DNA of 64,000 bases from contig OY968788.1 in assembly GCA_963695435.1 (NCBI GenBank), forward strand, positions 207,424-271,423, in the 5' to 3' direction. Shown one piece after another: positions 9,962-18,753 of this stretch. Source of the DNA: an uncultured bacterium. Its GTDB lineage: Bacteria > Patescibacteriota > Kazan-3B-28. The notes under the pieces were generated by a model that ran no database searches, had not been told where the DNA came from, and worked only from the letters and a program-made list of their open reading frames with translations. Each line of letters starts with the position of its first letter. Positions within the stretch are counted from its first letter, which is position 1. The position numbers and the translations under genes are program-made.

Positions 9962-11695
9962 ATGTTGGATAGAGCCACATCGTTGCAATTCGAACAACGG
10001 TTCCGAATTGGGGTGATCGCTTCCGTCTTTGGGCTGGCGTTTTTTTCGTTGATTTCAATGTTATTTCAGCGACAGGTTATTCAGTATCGTCATTATTCAG
10101 AGATGGCGCAGCAGCAGCATATCAATAGCCAGGTAGTGCCAGCGCAGCGGGGCAAGATATTAGTGGAGGACAGTGATAGTGAATTGTATCCGCTTGGAAC
10201 TAATGTGACTTTGTTTGCGCTGACTGTCGTTCCTGCACAGATTAAAAGGCCGGAACTGGTTGCCAGCAAACTGATGCCGTTTTTGTCGGGTGCAGGGATT
10301 GAGGAAAGCGATTTGATTACAAAGCTTTCTTCAAAATCAAAATACTTGCCGCCTCTAAAAAGGAAGATAGAAGAAAAAGAAGCGCAGGCAATTGCCGATT
10401 TGGATTTGACTGGTGTTTATCTGACGCCGGAGTTGTATCGTTATTATCCCGAAACAACAATGGCAGCGCAGGCGCTGGGATTTGTTAACCGCGACGGAAA
10501 AGGGCAATACGGCGTGGAGGGTTATTTGGATAAACAGCTTGGAGGCAAGGCGGGACTTCTCGAAGCGGAGCAAGATGTTTTTGGTCAGCAGATTGCGCTG
10601 GGCAAAAGGCAAAATGTTGACCCTGAAAACGGTTTGGATGTTGTGCTGACGCTTGATAGAGCAATTCAATATCAGGTGGAAAAGGCGCTGAAGGAAGCGG
10701 TAGAAACACATAAGGCGGACAAGGGGAGCGTGATAGTGATGGACCCAAAAACAGGAAAAATTCTTGCGATGGCGCAGTATCCCAACTTTGATCCGAACAA
10801 TTACAATACATCGGAACTGGAATTGTTTAATAATATGAATACTTCGCAGGTGTACGAGCCGGGCTCGGTATTCAAGGTAATCACAATGGCGGCGGGGATT
10901 GATGCCGGAGTGGTGGCGCCCAGCACGACCTATACCGATCCGGGTGAGGTGAAAATTAGCGACAGAACAATCAAAAACTCGGATAAAGTTTCGCACGGAG
11001 TTCAGACAATGACGCAGGTGCTGGAAAAATCTCTGAACACAGGTGCGATTTTTGTAGTGCAGAAATTAGGGAAAACAGCGTTCCGTAAATATTTGGAACA
11101 ATTTGGTTTCCTTGCGCCGACTGGTGTGGAAATAGCGGGGGAGGTGGCGGCTCAAGTAAAAACGCTTAGAAATTGGGGTGATGTTGATTTGGCGACAATG
11201 TCGTTTGGGCAAGGAATTGCAGTGACGCCAATTCAGATGCTTGCTGCAGTCGGCGCAATTGCGAATGACGGTAAATTGTTGCAGCCGCATATTGTGGACA
11301 GGATTTTGTATCCATCGGGCGCGGTTAGCATCGGGCCGGATGTGAAAGGACAGGCGATTTCCGCGCAGACTGCACAATTACTTTCAGCGATGATGGTGGG
11401 AGTGGTGGAACGTGGTCACGGTACAAAAGCAGGAGTAAAAGGATATTACATTGCAGGAAAAACGGGAACTGCGCAGATTCCTAATCCTAAGAGTGGGGGA
11501 TACATCGCGGAGGGAGTTGGCTCGACCATTGGTACTTTTGTAGGATTTGGGCCAGTAGAAAATCCCAAATTCGTGATGATTACCAGAATTGACCGGCCGA
11601 AAGATGTTGTTTATGCGGAAAGTTCAGCGGCGCCGTTGTTTGGTAAAATTGCGAAGTTTTTGCTCGACTATTGGAGGATTCCACCTACGCGGTAG
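9962..11695 (+). CDS. ftsI: Class B penicillin-binding protein (FtsI/PBP3-like)
   Basis: RGKI, YEPGSVFK (SxxK), SLN, KTGTAQ. Confidence 0.9.
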   Translation: MLDRATSLQFEQRFRIGVIASVFGLAFFSLISMLFQRQVIQYRHYSEMAQQQHINSQVVPAQRGKILVEDSDSELYPLGTNVTLFALTVVPAQIKRPELVASKLMPFLSGAGIEESDLITKLSSKSKYLPPLKRKIEEKEAQAIADLDLTGVYLTPELYRYYPETTMAAQALGFVNRDGKGQYGVEGYLDKQLGGKAGLLEAEQDVFGQQIALGKRQNVDPENGLDVVLTLDRAIQYQVEKALKEAVETHKADKGSVIVMDPKTGKILAMAQYPNFDPNNYNTSELELFNNMNTSQVYEPGSVFKVITMAAGIDAGVVAPSTTYTDPGEVKISDRTIKNSDKVSHGVQTMTQVLEKSLNTGAIFVVQKLGKTAFRKYLEQFGFLAPTGVEIAGEVAAQVKTLRNWGDVDLATMSFGQGIAVTPIQMLAAVGAIANDGKLLQPHIVDRILYPSGAVSIGPDVKGQAISAQTAQLLSAMMVGVVERGHGTKAGVKGYYIAGKTGTAQIPNPKSGGYIAEGVGSTIGTFVGFGPVENPKFVMITRIDRPKDVVYAESSAAPLFGKIAKFLLDYWRIPPTR

Positions 11696-11769
11696 CATTA
11701 TTTTTCTCTTTTTTCTTTTCGTCATTCTGGCTTGACCAGAATCTTATAGTATCTTTTTATGTTTTGTTT

Positions 11770-12010
11770 CAAGGGTCTGCGCGACCCTTGTACCGCGGTT
11801 ACTTTGTCTTGCCAAAGTAACCAAAGCGCTTGCCCACGTCGTCGGAACTATCAATTGGCAAAAATCATCTTTCCGCTAATGGTCGAAACTCGGTCGTAGC
11901 CACTCCCTCAAACATCTCCCCGCGGCGATGATTTTACTCAATTGATTACGTTCCTCCTCCTATGGCATGAAGACAGAAGGGAAAAGGCGACAATGGCGGA
12001 TAGAACAGGG
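11770..12010 (+). repeat. Structured dispersed repeat, copy A
   Basis: caagggtctgcgcgacccttg hairpin + ggttactttg..caaagtaacc hairpin + long hairpin; long near-identical stretch with the 41411 copy. Confidence 0.8.
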
Positions 12011-12060
12011 GTGGCTAACTATTTATTGTCTGGGGGCGGTTTTTTGCGTATTATAGGAGA

Positions 12061-13293
12061 GTGAAAAAGTTCATACTCAATCTGTTTGGGTGGTTGGCGG
12101 GTCAGATTGCCCGTAAGTATCAGGTGAAGATAGTTGCCGTCACCGGAAGCGTGGGTAAGACCACTACCAAGGAGGCGGTGTTTGCCGTGCTGAAGCAAGC
12201 GTATCTAGTCCAGCGTAGTTTGTACAACGCCAACACCGAGTGGGGAATTACAGCGTCTGTAATCGACCCTGGATTTGAGCCATCGTTTACTGAATCGGGA
12301 AAAGCGCGGATAAGTTTGACGCAACTTGTCTCTTTGAAATTTAAGGGACTATGGAAATTAATAACGAAGCAAAATTATCCCGCCGTGCTGGTTTTGGAAA
12401 TGGCGGCGGACAGGCCAAATGATATTCGCTGGTTCAACCGCTGGTTTGATTATGATGTGGCGGTAATTACCACGATCGGTGATTCGCATTTGGAGTTTTA
12501 TAAAAGTCAGGAAGAACTGACAGCGGAAAAATTGTCGCTTACTAAAAAATTGAAACCGCGAGGGCTTGCGGTGATCAATGGCGGATGTGAAAGATGTCAG
12601 GGGTTGGTTTTGGCTGATTCACAAAGAAAAGTGACCTTTGGGTGGAACGAGCAAAGTAACTATTGGGCGGAAACGACGGGAGAAAGTAATTATATTTTGC
12701 ACAGTCCTGCAGATAAATTTGAAGTGAAGTTGCCTGTGGGGCGTCAATTTGTACCGGCGGCGCTGGTTGCCTTTGCGGTGGGAGAGGAGTTTGGACTGAC
12801 GGCAGAACAAATCAAAAAAGGGCTGGAAGAATTTCAGCCAATCAGTGGTCGTTTCCAAATTCAACACGCTCCTATGTGGACTATTATTGATGACACTTAC
12901 AATGCCAGTCCTGAATCGATGCGATTGGCGCTGATGAGCTTGAAAGATGTTGCGCGGGGCAGAAAAGTTGCGATTTTGGGTGGTATGAGAGAGCTCGGGA
13001 GTGCGACTGAAGAAGGGCACCGACAAGTAGGACAGTGGGCGGCGAAACAAGTTGGTCTACTTATTGTAGTAGGCAAAGATGCCGAGTTGATTGCGGAGGG
13101 TGCAATATCGGCTGGGATGTTGCAGGAAAATGTAGTAAAAATTTCGTGGGATGAAAATAATCCCAGTGTTGATTCGGCTATCTCCCAGATTTTGCCCATA
13201 TTAGAGGAAGGTGATACCGTATTAGTAAAGGCCTCTCGAGCGTTGCATTTGGATCGCTTGGTGGAGAGATTGTCGGCACAAAAGAAGATTTAG
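12061..13293 (+). CDS. murF: UDP-MurNAc-tripeptide--D-Ala-D-Ala ligase
   Basis: AVTGSVGKTTTKE, DDTYNASPESM, LGGMRELG, LVKASR. Confidence 0.9.
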   Translation: MKKFILNLFGWLAGQIARKYQVKIVAVTGSVGKTTTKEAVFAVLKQAYLVQRSLYNANTEWGITASVIDPGFEPSFTESGKARISLTQLVSLKFKGLWKLITKQNYPAVLVLEMAADRPNDIRWFNRWFDYDVAVITTIGDSHLEFYKSQEELTAEKLSLTKKLKPRGLAVINGGCERCQGLVLADSQRKVTFGWNEQSNYWAETTGESNYILHSPADKFEVKLPVGRQFVPAALVAFAVGEEFGLTAEQIKKGLEEFQPISGRFQIQHAPMWTIIDDTYNASPESMRLALMSLKDVARGRKVAILGGMRELGSATEEGHRQVGQWAAKQVGLLIVVGKDAELIAEGAISAGMLQENVVKISWDENNPSVDSAISQILPILEEGDTVLVKASRALHLDRLVERLSAQKKI

Positions 13294-13294
13294 T

Positions 13295-14326
13295 ATGTCA
13301 GAAACCCTTCTCCAAACAGAACTTTTACGGGTATTCATTATCTCGATGATAGGGTTTTTTGTAGCCCTTCTCGCAACGCCCTTTTGGGCGAATTTTTTAT
13401 TTAAATACCGTTTTTGGAAAAAGCCAAAAGAGGAAACTTTGTACGGTACTCAAGCGACTGTGTTTCAACAATTGCATGGAGAAAAACATCGGCGGAATAT
13501 TCCGACAATGGCGGGAATTTTGTATTGGCTGATCGTGATTTTGGTTTCGCTGAAATTCAATCTTACTCGCTCGCAAACTTATTTGCCGTTATTTGCGCTT
13601 TTGTCGGTTGGTATTATCGGTGCAATTGACGATTGGTTTAATATTCGCGGAATTGGCGGAGTGAAAGGAATTCGGGCGCGGCACAAAATGCTGTGGCTTT
13701 TTGTAGTGGCGGGGCTTGGGGCATGGTGGTTTTTCTATAAGCTTGGTTTCAACGCATTTCATTTTCCCGGAGTCGGAGACTTCATTGTGGGTTGGTGGTA
13801 TATCCCGATTTTCATTTTTGTGATTCTGGCGGTGGCGAATGCTTTCAATATTACTGATGGACTAGACGGACTTTCGGGTGGTTTGTTTATAATCGCTTTC
13901 AGCTCTTACGGCGTATTGGCGCTGGTGAACAATCAAGTGAGTTTGGCGATTTTCTGCGGAACGGTTGTGGGAGTATTGCTGGCTTATCTTTGGTTCAATA
14001 TCTTCCCTGCCCGATTCTTCGGAGGGGATACTTATGCGCTGGCGTTTGGTGCCACTCTAGGTGTGGTTGCGATGTTGATTAAAGGCGGGGTGGGAATGGC
14101 GGTGCTTCCGTTCGTTGCTTTTATTCCAATGATTGAAACTTTTTCCGTTTTGCTTCAGCTGGTATGGCGCAAAGTGTATAAACGCAAACTATTCTTGATT
14201 GCGCCATTACATCATCATTTTGAGGCGATTGGTTGGCCGGAGCCGAAAGTGACGATGAGATTTTGGGTGATAGGGGCTGCGCTAGCGACAATCGGAGTCG
14301 TAATCGGAATGTTGGGAGCCGTGTAG
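13295..14326 (+). CDS. mraY: Phospho-N-acetylmuramoyl-pentapeptide transferase
   Basis: PTMAG, IDDW, NITDGLDGL, APLHHHFE. Confidence 0.95.
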   Translation: MSETLLQTELLRVFIISMIGFFVALLATPFWANFLFKYRFWKKPKEETLYGTQATVFQQLHGEKHRRNIPTMAGILYWLIVILVSLKFNLTRSQTYLPLFALLSVGIIGAIDDWFNIRGIGGVKGIRARHKMLWLFVVAGLGAWWFFYKLGFNAFHFPGVGDFIVGWWYIPIFIFVILAVANAFNITDGLDGLSGGLFIIAFSSYGVLALVNNQVSLAIFCGTVVGVLLAYLWFNIFPARFFGGDTYALAFGATLGVVAMLIKGGVGMAVLPFVAFIPMIETFSVLLQLVWRKVYKRKLFLIAPLHHHFEAIGWPEPKVTMRFWVIGAALATIGVVIGMLGAV

Positions 14327-14375
14327 TTTTTCTTTTTGGTTTTTTTATTCTTTTTCTTTAATTTGTTTTTGTTCT

Positions 14376-14620
14376 AAACGGGCACATCCCCGTTTAATCG
14401 GATGGGTTCTTTTTGCTTGTCCAAAAAGAACCACAAAAAAGACACTCCACTCACAAATATGCTATCCAAAATAGAAAATCACCCTTTCTGGACTATACGC
14501 TATACTCCTCGCCTACGGCTCGTCAAACAGACGCTATCCATACCGGCTGATTTTCTAATTGGATAACGCAATTTGCTCGATGGGATGGGGAAGAAAGCGA
14601 CAATGGCGGAGGAAGACAGG
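14376..14620 (+). repeat. Structured dispersed repeat, copy E
   Basis: ggttctttttg..caaaaagaacc hairpin, core ctttctggactatacgctatactc...acgctatccataccgg shared with the 58004 copy, ends caatggcgga. Confidence 0.7.
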
Positions 14621-14639
14621 GGTGGGGTATAATTCAAAC

Positions 14640-15350
14640 ATGGAACTAAGAGATAAGGTTATTATTATCACGGGGAGTAGCGATGGTATAGGTCGCCAGA
14701 TAGCTTTGAGGTTGGCTCTGCACCAACCAGTTTTGGCATTGGTGTCTCGAGATGAAGAAAGGTTAGCGGAAGTGAAAGAAGAAGTGGAGAAGGTAGGAGC
14801 TAAAAAGGTTCAAATTTATCCTTGCGATATTCGTGATACTAAGCGTTTAGACGAGACAACTCGGCGTATTATTTCAGACTTAGGTGAGGTAGATGTACTT
14901 ATTAATAATGCGGGGATTTGGCATAAGCGAGGATCTATTGAAGAGTTAGGCGCGGACTTGGTAGATGATGTTATCCAGACTAATTTAATTGGGGCTATTC
15001 ATTTGACTAGATTGATTTTGCCCTATCTCAAGAAACAGCCAGAGGCGGCAATTATTAATGTTGTGTCTAAGTCTGGGCTGGTAGCGCAAGAAGGACAATC
15101 GGTTTATTCGGCTAGCAAATATGGTCTAAGAGGATTTACAGATGTTCTTAAGGAGGATTTGAAAGATTCAAATGTGAAAGTAGCTGGTGTCTATCAAGGA
15201 GGAGTCAACACACGACTTTTTGCTAAGGCAGGTGAAGAGGGAGTACCGACAGAAACATTTACGGACCCTGCTGATTTAGCAGATGTAATAGTGTTTATGC
15301 TAACTCGGCCTCCTCGGATATGGTTACATGATGTTGAGATAGGACGATGA
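14640..15350 (+). CDS. SDR family oxidoreductase
   Basis: ITGSSDGIG, NNAG, YSASK; ATG 14640 lies 6 nt after TATAAT. Confidence 0.92.
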   Translation: MELRDKVIIITGSSDGIGRQIALRLALHQPVLALVSRDEERLAEVKEEVEKVGAKKVQIYPCDIRDTKRLDETTRRIISDLGEVDVLINNAGIWHKRGSIEELGADLVDDVIQTNLIGAIHLTRLILPYLKKQPEAAIINVVSKSGLVAQEGQSVYSASKYGLRGFTDVLKEDLKDSNVKVAGVYQGGVNTRLFAKAGEEGVPTETFTDPADLADVIVFMLTRPPRIWLHDVEIGR

Positions 15351-15379
15351 GTTTAAATTGAGAAAGGAAAGACTAAATT

Positions 15380-15532
15380 ATGAACAAGTGGGTGTGGATA
15401 GGAATCATTATCATTGTTCTGCTGGCGATTTTGCGGTTTTGGACGCCAGAGGATACTTGGATATGTCAAAACGGCCAGTGGCTGAAACATGGGAACCCGA
15501 CGGCGGATATGCCGTCGAGGGTTTGTAAATAA
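15380..15532 (+). CDS. Small membrane-anchored protein (50 aa, not in ORF track)
   Basis: SD aagga; MNKWVWIGIIIIVLLAILRFWTPEDTWICQNGQWLKHGNPTADMPSRVCK*. Confidence 0.65.
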   Translation: MNKWVWIGIIIIVLLAILRFWTPEDTWICQNGQWLKHGNPTADMPSRVCK

Positions 15533-15560
15533 ATTTTGTATTGCTGACTGCCGTCAGCTA

Positions 15561-15800
15561 GGACCGAGCGCCAAATCGCGCTCGACCGATTCCCGCTTTG
15601 GCAAGGCATAAGCGGGACAAATCGCCGGCCTGCGGCTTCAGGTCTATTCAATGGCAAAATTGCCTTTCCACTAATGGTCGAAACTCGTCGCTTGCCAGCT
15701 CCTCAAACATCTCCCCGTGGCGGCAATTTTGCTCATTTCAGTACGACCTTACGCCGAAAGGCCGAGAGAAAAACAAAGGGCAGGCTCCAATGGCGGATAG
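15561..15800 (+). repeat. Structured dispersed repeat, copy C
   Basis: ggaccgagcgcc.aatcgcgctcgaccgat shared with copy B; ctaatggtcgaaactcg...ctcaaacatctccccg core; caatggcgga end. Confidence 0.75.
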
Positions 15801-15815
15801 AGGAGGGGGGAAATC

Positions 15816-15844
15816 TTGACTGGGAGCGGGTTTTCTGCTACCTT
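15816..15844 (+). promoter_or_regulatory. Promoter of DGR1 target gene
   Basis: TTGACT-17 nt-TACCTT; near-identical to 58219-58247. Confidence 0.6.
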
Positions 15845-15949
15845 GGGGGTGTAGACGATTGTGCCTACCCAACCCTGAGGAGGCGGTTCACCCGCAAGCT
15901 CCGGAAACCGGAGAGCCTCGCAGATAGTTGGTTTGAAAAGGAGACTTCA

Positions 15950-16843
15950 ATGGATAAGAAGTCAATTACTGCGGCTCAAATCAAGCAAATTGTGGGCTTT
16001 GTTCGCGATGTTGTCTCAACGCTTGGTTTGGGATTCTCTCAAGTGCAGGCGTTCATCAGTGATGCCAATCAGGTGGCTAAGTTCAAGGAGGGAATCAAAA
16101 ACCTTCTGCAGGAAATGATTGCTTCCAATCCGTTTGCTAAGGAGCGGGTCAAGCAGGCTTGGTTCTATCCAAAGAACTGGAAGTCCAAGAGCATAAGTGA
16201 GCAACTGGTCAAGCTCACCGACCTTTTCCAGAGTATCGACTTATCGCAGGTCGAAGCTTTGATGGATAAGGTGATTGTGCAGAAGCTCGCTGATGGCGTC
16301 GTCATCCTCCCCAAGCTCTCGTTCTTGGCTAAACTGTGGAGTATACCTGATCCCTATGGGGAAGGTTATGGTTTTGTCTGCGAGAAGCTATTCGGGCGCA
16401 TTGCCGTTAGCCGTGCTTTCTACAACTACCGAGCTGGGCAAATGGATGCGAAGCATATTCGTATCCATCAAGAAGTTCGCAACTTGCTGGAAAAGTTGGA
16501 AGCGGAGACTCCGGGTGATGTTCTCGTCTTGCCCTTCGACTTCGGGGGGTTATATGCGGGATGGAGCCCGCGAGCTGCTCGGTGGGAAGCACTGAACAAT
16601 AGTCAGCTTCCGCTGATTACGGCTCAAGTCGCTTGCCTTTTGCTGACTATGCCGGATCGACTTACCACTTGGGAGCAACTCTTTATTGACTGCTCTGGCG
16701 ATGAATGGGACTGGCTCGCTGTCGGCTGCTGGGCGGATTGCCCGTGCTTCGACTTCCGCAGCGGCGAGCTTTTGTTCGACGACGGGGGCGCTGGCTACGC
16801 CGGTGGCCGCGATGGGTCGGCGGTGGCTTTTCTCGGAGTGTAG
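15950..16843 (+). CDS. DGR1 target protein (297 aa) with C-terminal variable region
   Basis: AAGGAG SD then ATG 15950 (MDKKSITAAQ); last 43 codons are the VR; the track's upstream extension runs through a repeat. Confidence 0.88.
   Translation: MDKKSITAAQIKQIVGFVRDVVSTLGLGFSQVQAFISDANQVAKFKEGIKNLLQEMIASNPFAKERVKQAWFYPKNWKSKSISEQLVKLTDLFQSIDLSQVEALMDKVIVQKLADGVVILPKLSFLAKLWSIPDPYGEGYGFVCEKLFGRIAVSRAFYNYRAGQMDAKHIRIHQEVRNLLEKLEAETPGDVLVLPFDFGGLYAGWSPRAARWEALNNSQLPLITAQVACLLLTMPDRLTTWEQLFIDCSGDEWDWLAVGCWADCPCFDFRSGELLFDDGGAGYAGGRDGSAVAFLGV
16711..16839 (+). repeat. DGR1 variable repeat (VR1)
   Basis: 129-bp ungapped match to 17155-17283; 23 mismatches, 22 at TR adenines. Confidence 0.95.
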
Positions 16844-16894
16844 CGACTTGGGGATTGGTCATTGCAACTTTTGAACATTGCGTTTGCTTTTCAG

Positions 16895-16924
16895 AGCGGC
16901 GGGTGGAAACACCCGCCGCTTTTT
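16895..16924 (+). terminator. GC hairpin with GAAA loop downstream of VR1 (terminator and/or DGR homing hairpin)
   Basis: agcggcgggtg-gaaa-cacccgccgct perfect 11-bp stem followed by T-run. Confidence 0.75.
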
Positions 16925-17154
16925 GCTGTAAAATACTTATGAAAGTAGGCAGTGAGATTAAGTTTACGGACTTAGTCCGCCGAAATTGTGTCACAAGCAC
17001 TGGCTAGAGTTCGGTAAAAATATTTTGCCGAAGAATGCCAACTTGAGAATTAGACACTCCTTGCCTCTCGCAAGTTTGAGGGTAAAACCCCCGTATAAAA
17101 TACAGCGAAGCTATGATTTTAGCTCGCAGTGGTGCGGATAGTGTAGAGGCAATG

Positions 17155-17283
17155 CTGGAACGCTGACGGCAACTGGGCGAATTGCCCGTACTTCAACTTC
17201 AACAACGGCGAGCTTAAGTTCGACAACAGGGACGCTGACTACGCCAATGACAACTATGGGTCGGCGGTGGCTTTTCTCGGAGT
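17155..17283 (+). ncRNA. DGR1 template repeat (TR1)
   Basis: AAC/AAT-rich intergenic copy of VR1 with 31 adenines. Confidence 0.93.
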
Positions 17284-17285
17284 TG

Positions 17286-17600
17286 CTAATTTTCTAAACT
17301 GCGTATCCATCCGCCTAGCATACGGCCAATCTCTTGCAGAATCGTTTCGAGTGCGAGATATCGTTTTTGATCAAGAGAGTTGATGTCGAATGATAGGCGG
17401 ATTAGCAGTTTCAAAATATCCAGTTCGGCATTACTGGCAGTTAGATAAGTTCGTCTTGCACTTTTTTCTGTTCTGGTGGCTATAGTAACGGAATATAGCA
17501 AGTCGAGTGTCTTGGTTTGAATGATTTGACCGAGAGAATACTTCTCGGACTTGGGGAACTTTTGTACAGTGTCATGAAGAAGTCGGTAAAATTCATACAA
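17286..17600 (-). CDS. avd: Avd-like accessory protein (four-helix bundle); 5' part (ATG 17668) out of frame across the G11 tract
   Basis: FPKSEKYSLGQ...LKLLIRL...EIGRMLGGWIRS is the bAvd-family pattern; lies between TR and RT. Confidence 0.85.
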   Translation of the reverse strand: MYEFYRLLHDTVQKFPKSEKYSLGQIIQTKTLDLLYSVTIATRTEKSARRTYLTASNAELDILKLLIRLSFDINSLDQKRYLALETILQEIGRMLGGWIRSLEN

Positions 17601-17634
17601 TTTCAGAACAATCGGGATTTCTCCAAATCCGTCC

Positions 17635-17645
17635 GGGGGGGGGGG
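17635..17645. repeat. G11 homopolymer in the avd/RT head-to-head overlap
   Basis: 11 consecutive G; +1 G puts both ATG 17574 (+, RT) and ATG 17668 (-, Avd) in frame. Confidence 0.85.
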
Positions 17646-17710
17646 TTAGTGGGAAAGTTATTTTCCATAACGGCGTTTTCTCCGAAATAATTTCATTAGA
17701 GAATTTATTT

Positions 17711-18685
17711 TTGGCTTGGGCTGAATTTCGCAAAGGCAAACGAAATAAACCGGATGTCCAAGCGTTCGAGCTTCATCTTGAAGATAACATATTCGCTCTT
17801 CGCGAGGATTTGGTGAGTGGCAATTATCGGCACGGTGACTATCATCAATTTCGTATTTCTGACCCCAAACCTCGAGTGATTAGTAAGGCATCTGTTCGGG
17901 ATAGATTATTACATCGTGCTATTCATCGGGTTTTATATCCGATTTTTGATAAGACTTTTATCTTCGATAGTTATTCTTGTCGAGATAACAAAGGTACTCA
18001 TCGGGCATTTTGGCGTTTGGCACAAATGACTCGCAAAATCTCTGAAAATTACACTCGACCTTGTTATGCTTTGAAATGCGACATTCGAAAATTCTTCGAC
18101 AGCATTGATCATCAAATATTATTCGGTCTGTTGGAAGACCGCATAGCGGACGAAAAGTTGCTGAAGTTGCTTCGAGATATTATCGGGAGTTTTGAACATT
18201 CTCCAGGCAAGGGAATGCCTTTGGGTAATCTGACCTCTCAACTTTTCGCCAATATTTATATGGATCCGCTAGATAAGTTTGTAAAACACCAGCTCAAAGC
18301 CAAATATTATTTGCGTTATGCGGATGATTTTATTTTCTTGTCAGATAATCCAGACGAGCTAATGGGTTATTTAGTCGAGGCGAATCATTTTTTGAAAACT
18401 AAACTGAAACTCAATATTCACCCAAACAAAATTTATCTTAGAAAACTGAAATGGGGAATTGATTATGTCGGCTATGTGGTTTTGCCACATTACAATCTGC
18501 CGAGGAGAAGAACGGTCGAAAGAATCAAGAAAAAACTGAAGAGCAGTTTGGCAATGGGTGATTTTGAGTCGGTTGCTGGGGCTATGCCGTCATATCTTGG
18601 CTACTTGGGTCATGCTAATGCTTATAAACTTCAGAAAAGTTTGTTGCGTAAAATAAATGAGGGGAATAATGTTGCCAAATATTGA
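17711..18685 (+). CDS. DGR reverse transcriptase 1 (homology extends upstream to ~17678; probable true start 17574 across the G tract)
   Basis: RDRLLHRA, YSCR..KGTH, LKCDIRKFFDSI, GMPLGNLTSQLFAN, RYADDF, GIDYVGY. Confidence 0.93.
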   Translation: MAWAEFRKGKRNKPDVQAFELHLEDNIFALREDLVSGNYRHGDYHQFRISDPKPRVISKASVRDRLLHRAIHRVLYPIFDKTFIFDSYSCRDNKGTHRAFWRLAQMTRKISENYTRPCYALKCDIRKFFDSIDHQILFGLLEDRIADEKLLKLLRDIIGSFEHSPGKGMPLGNLTSQLFANIYMDPLDKFVKHQLKAKYYLRYADDFIFLSDNPDELMGYLVEANHFLKTKLKLNIHPNKIYLRKLKWGIDYVGYVVLPHYNLPRRRTVERIKKKLKSSLAMGDFESVAGAMPSYLGYLGHANAYKLQKSLLRKINEGNNVAKY

Positions 18686-18753
18686 ACGGCCGTTCATCTA
18701 ATGGCGGGAAGGAAGTATTTTTTGCTCATTACTCACAACTCATTACCCATAAC

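Larger units (their letters stand above)
15950..18685 (+). mobile_element. Diversity-generating retroelement DGR1 (target/VR - TR - antisense avd - RT)
   Basis: VR/TR pair with adenine-specific mismatches, Avd-like gene, DGR-type RT. Confidence 0.95.

Noticed and set aside
11865-11935. Hammerhead ribozyme in the repeat core (GAAAC present)
   Set aside because: The required CUGANGA core is not present in a compatible position
15674-15949. N-terminal extension of the 389-aa ORF in the track
   Set aside because: Runs through repeat copy C and the promoter; SD and ATG at 15950 give the likely start
16939-17007. Mini-ORFs of ~22 codons before each TR (16939-17007; 59103-59168)
   Set aside because: No similarity to each other, and the starts lie only 4 nt after the -10-like hexamer; likely chance
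17711-18685. Group II intron, retron or CRISPR-associated RT interpretation
   Set aside because: No maturase/endonuclease extension, intron domain V, msr-msd or cas genes seen; the SQ motif, Avd and TR/VR indicate DGR
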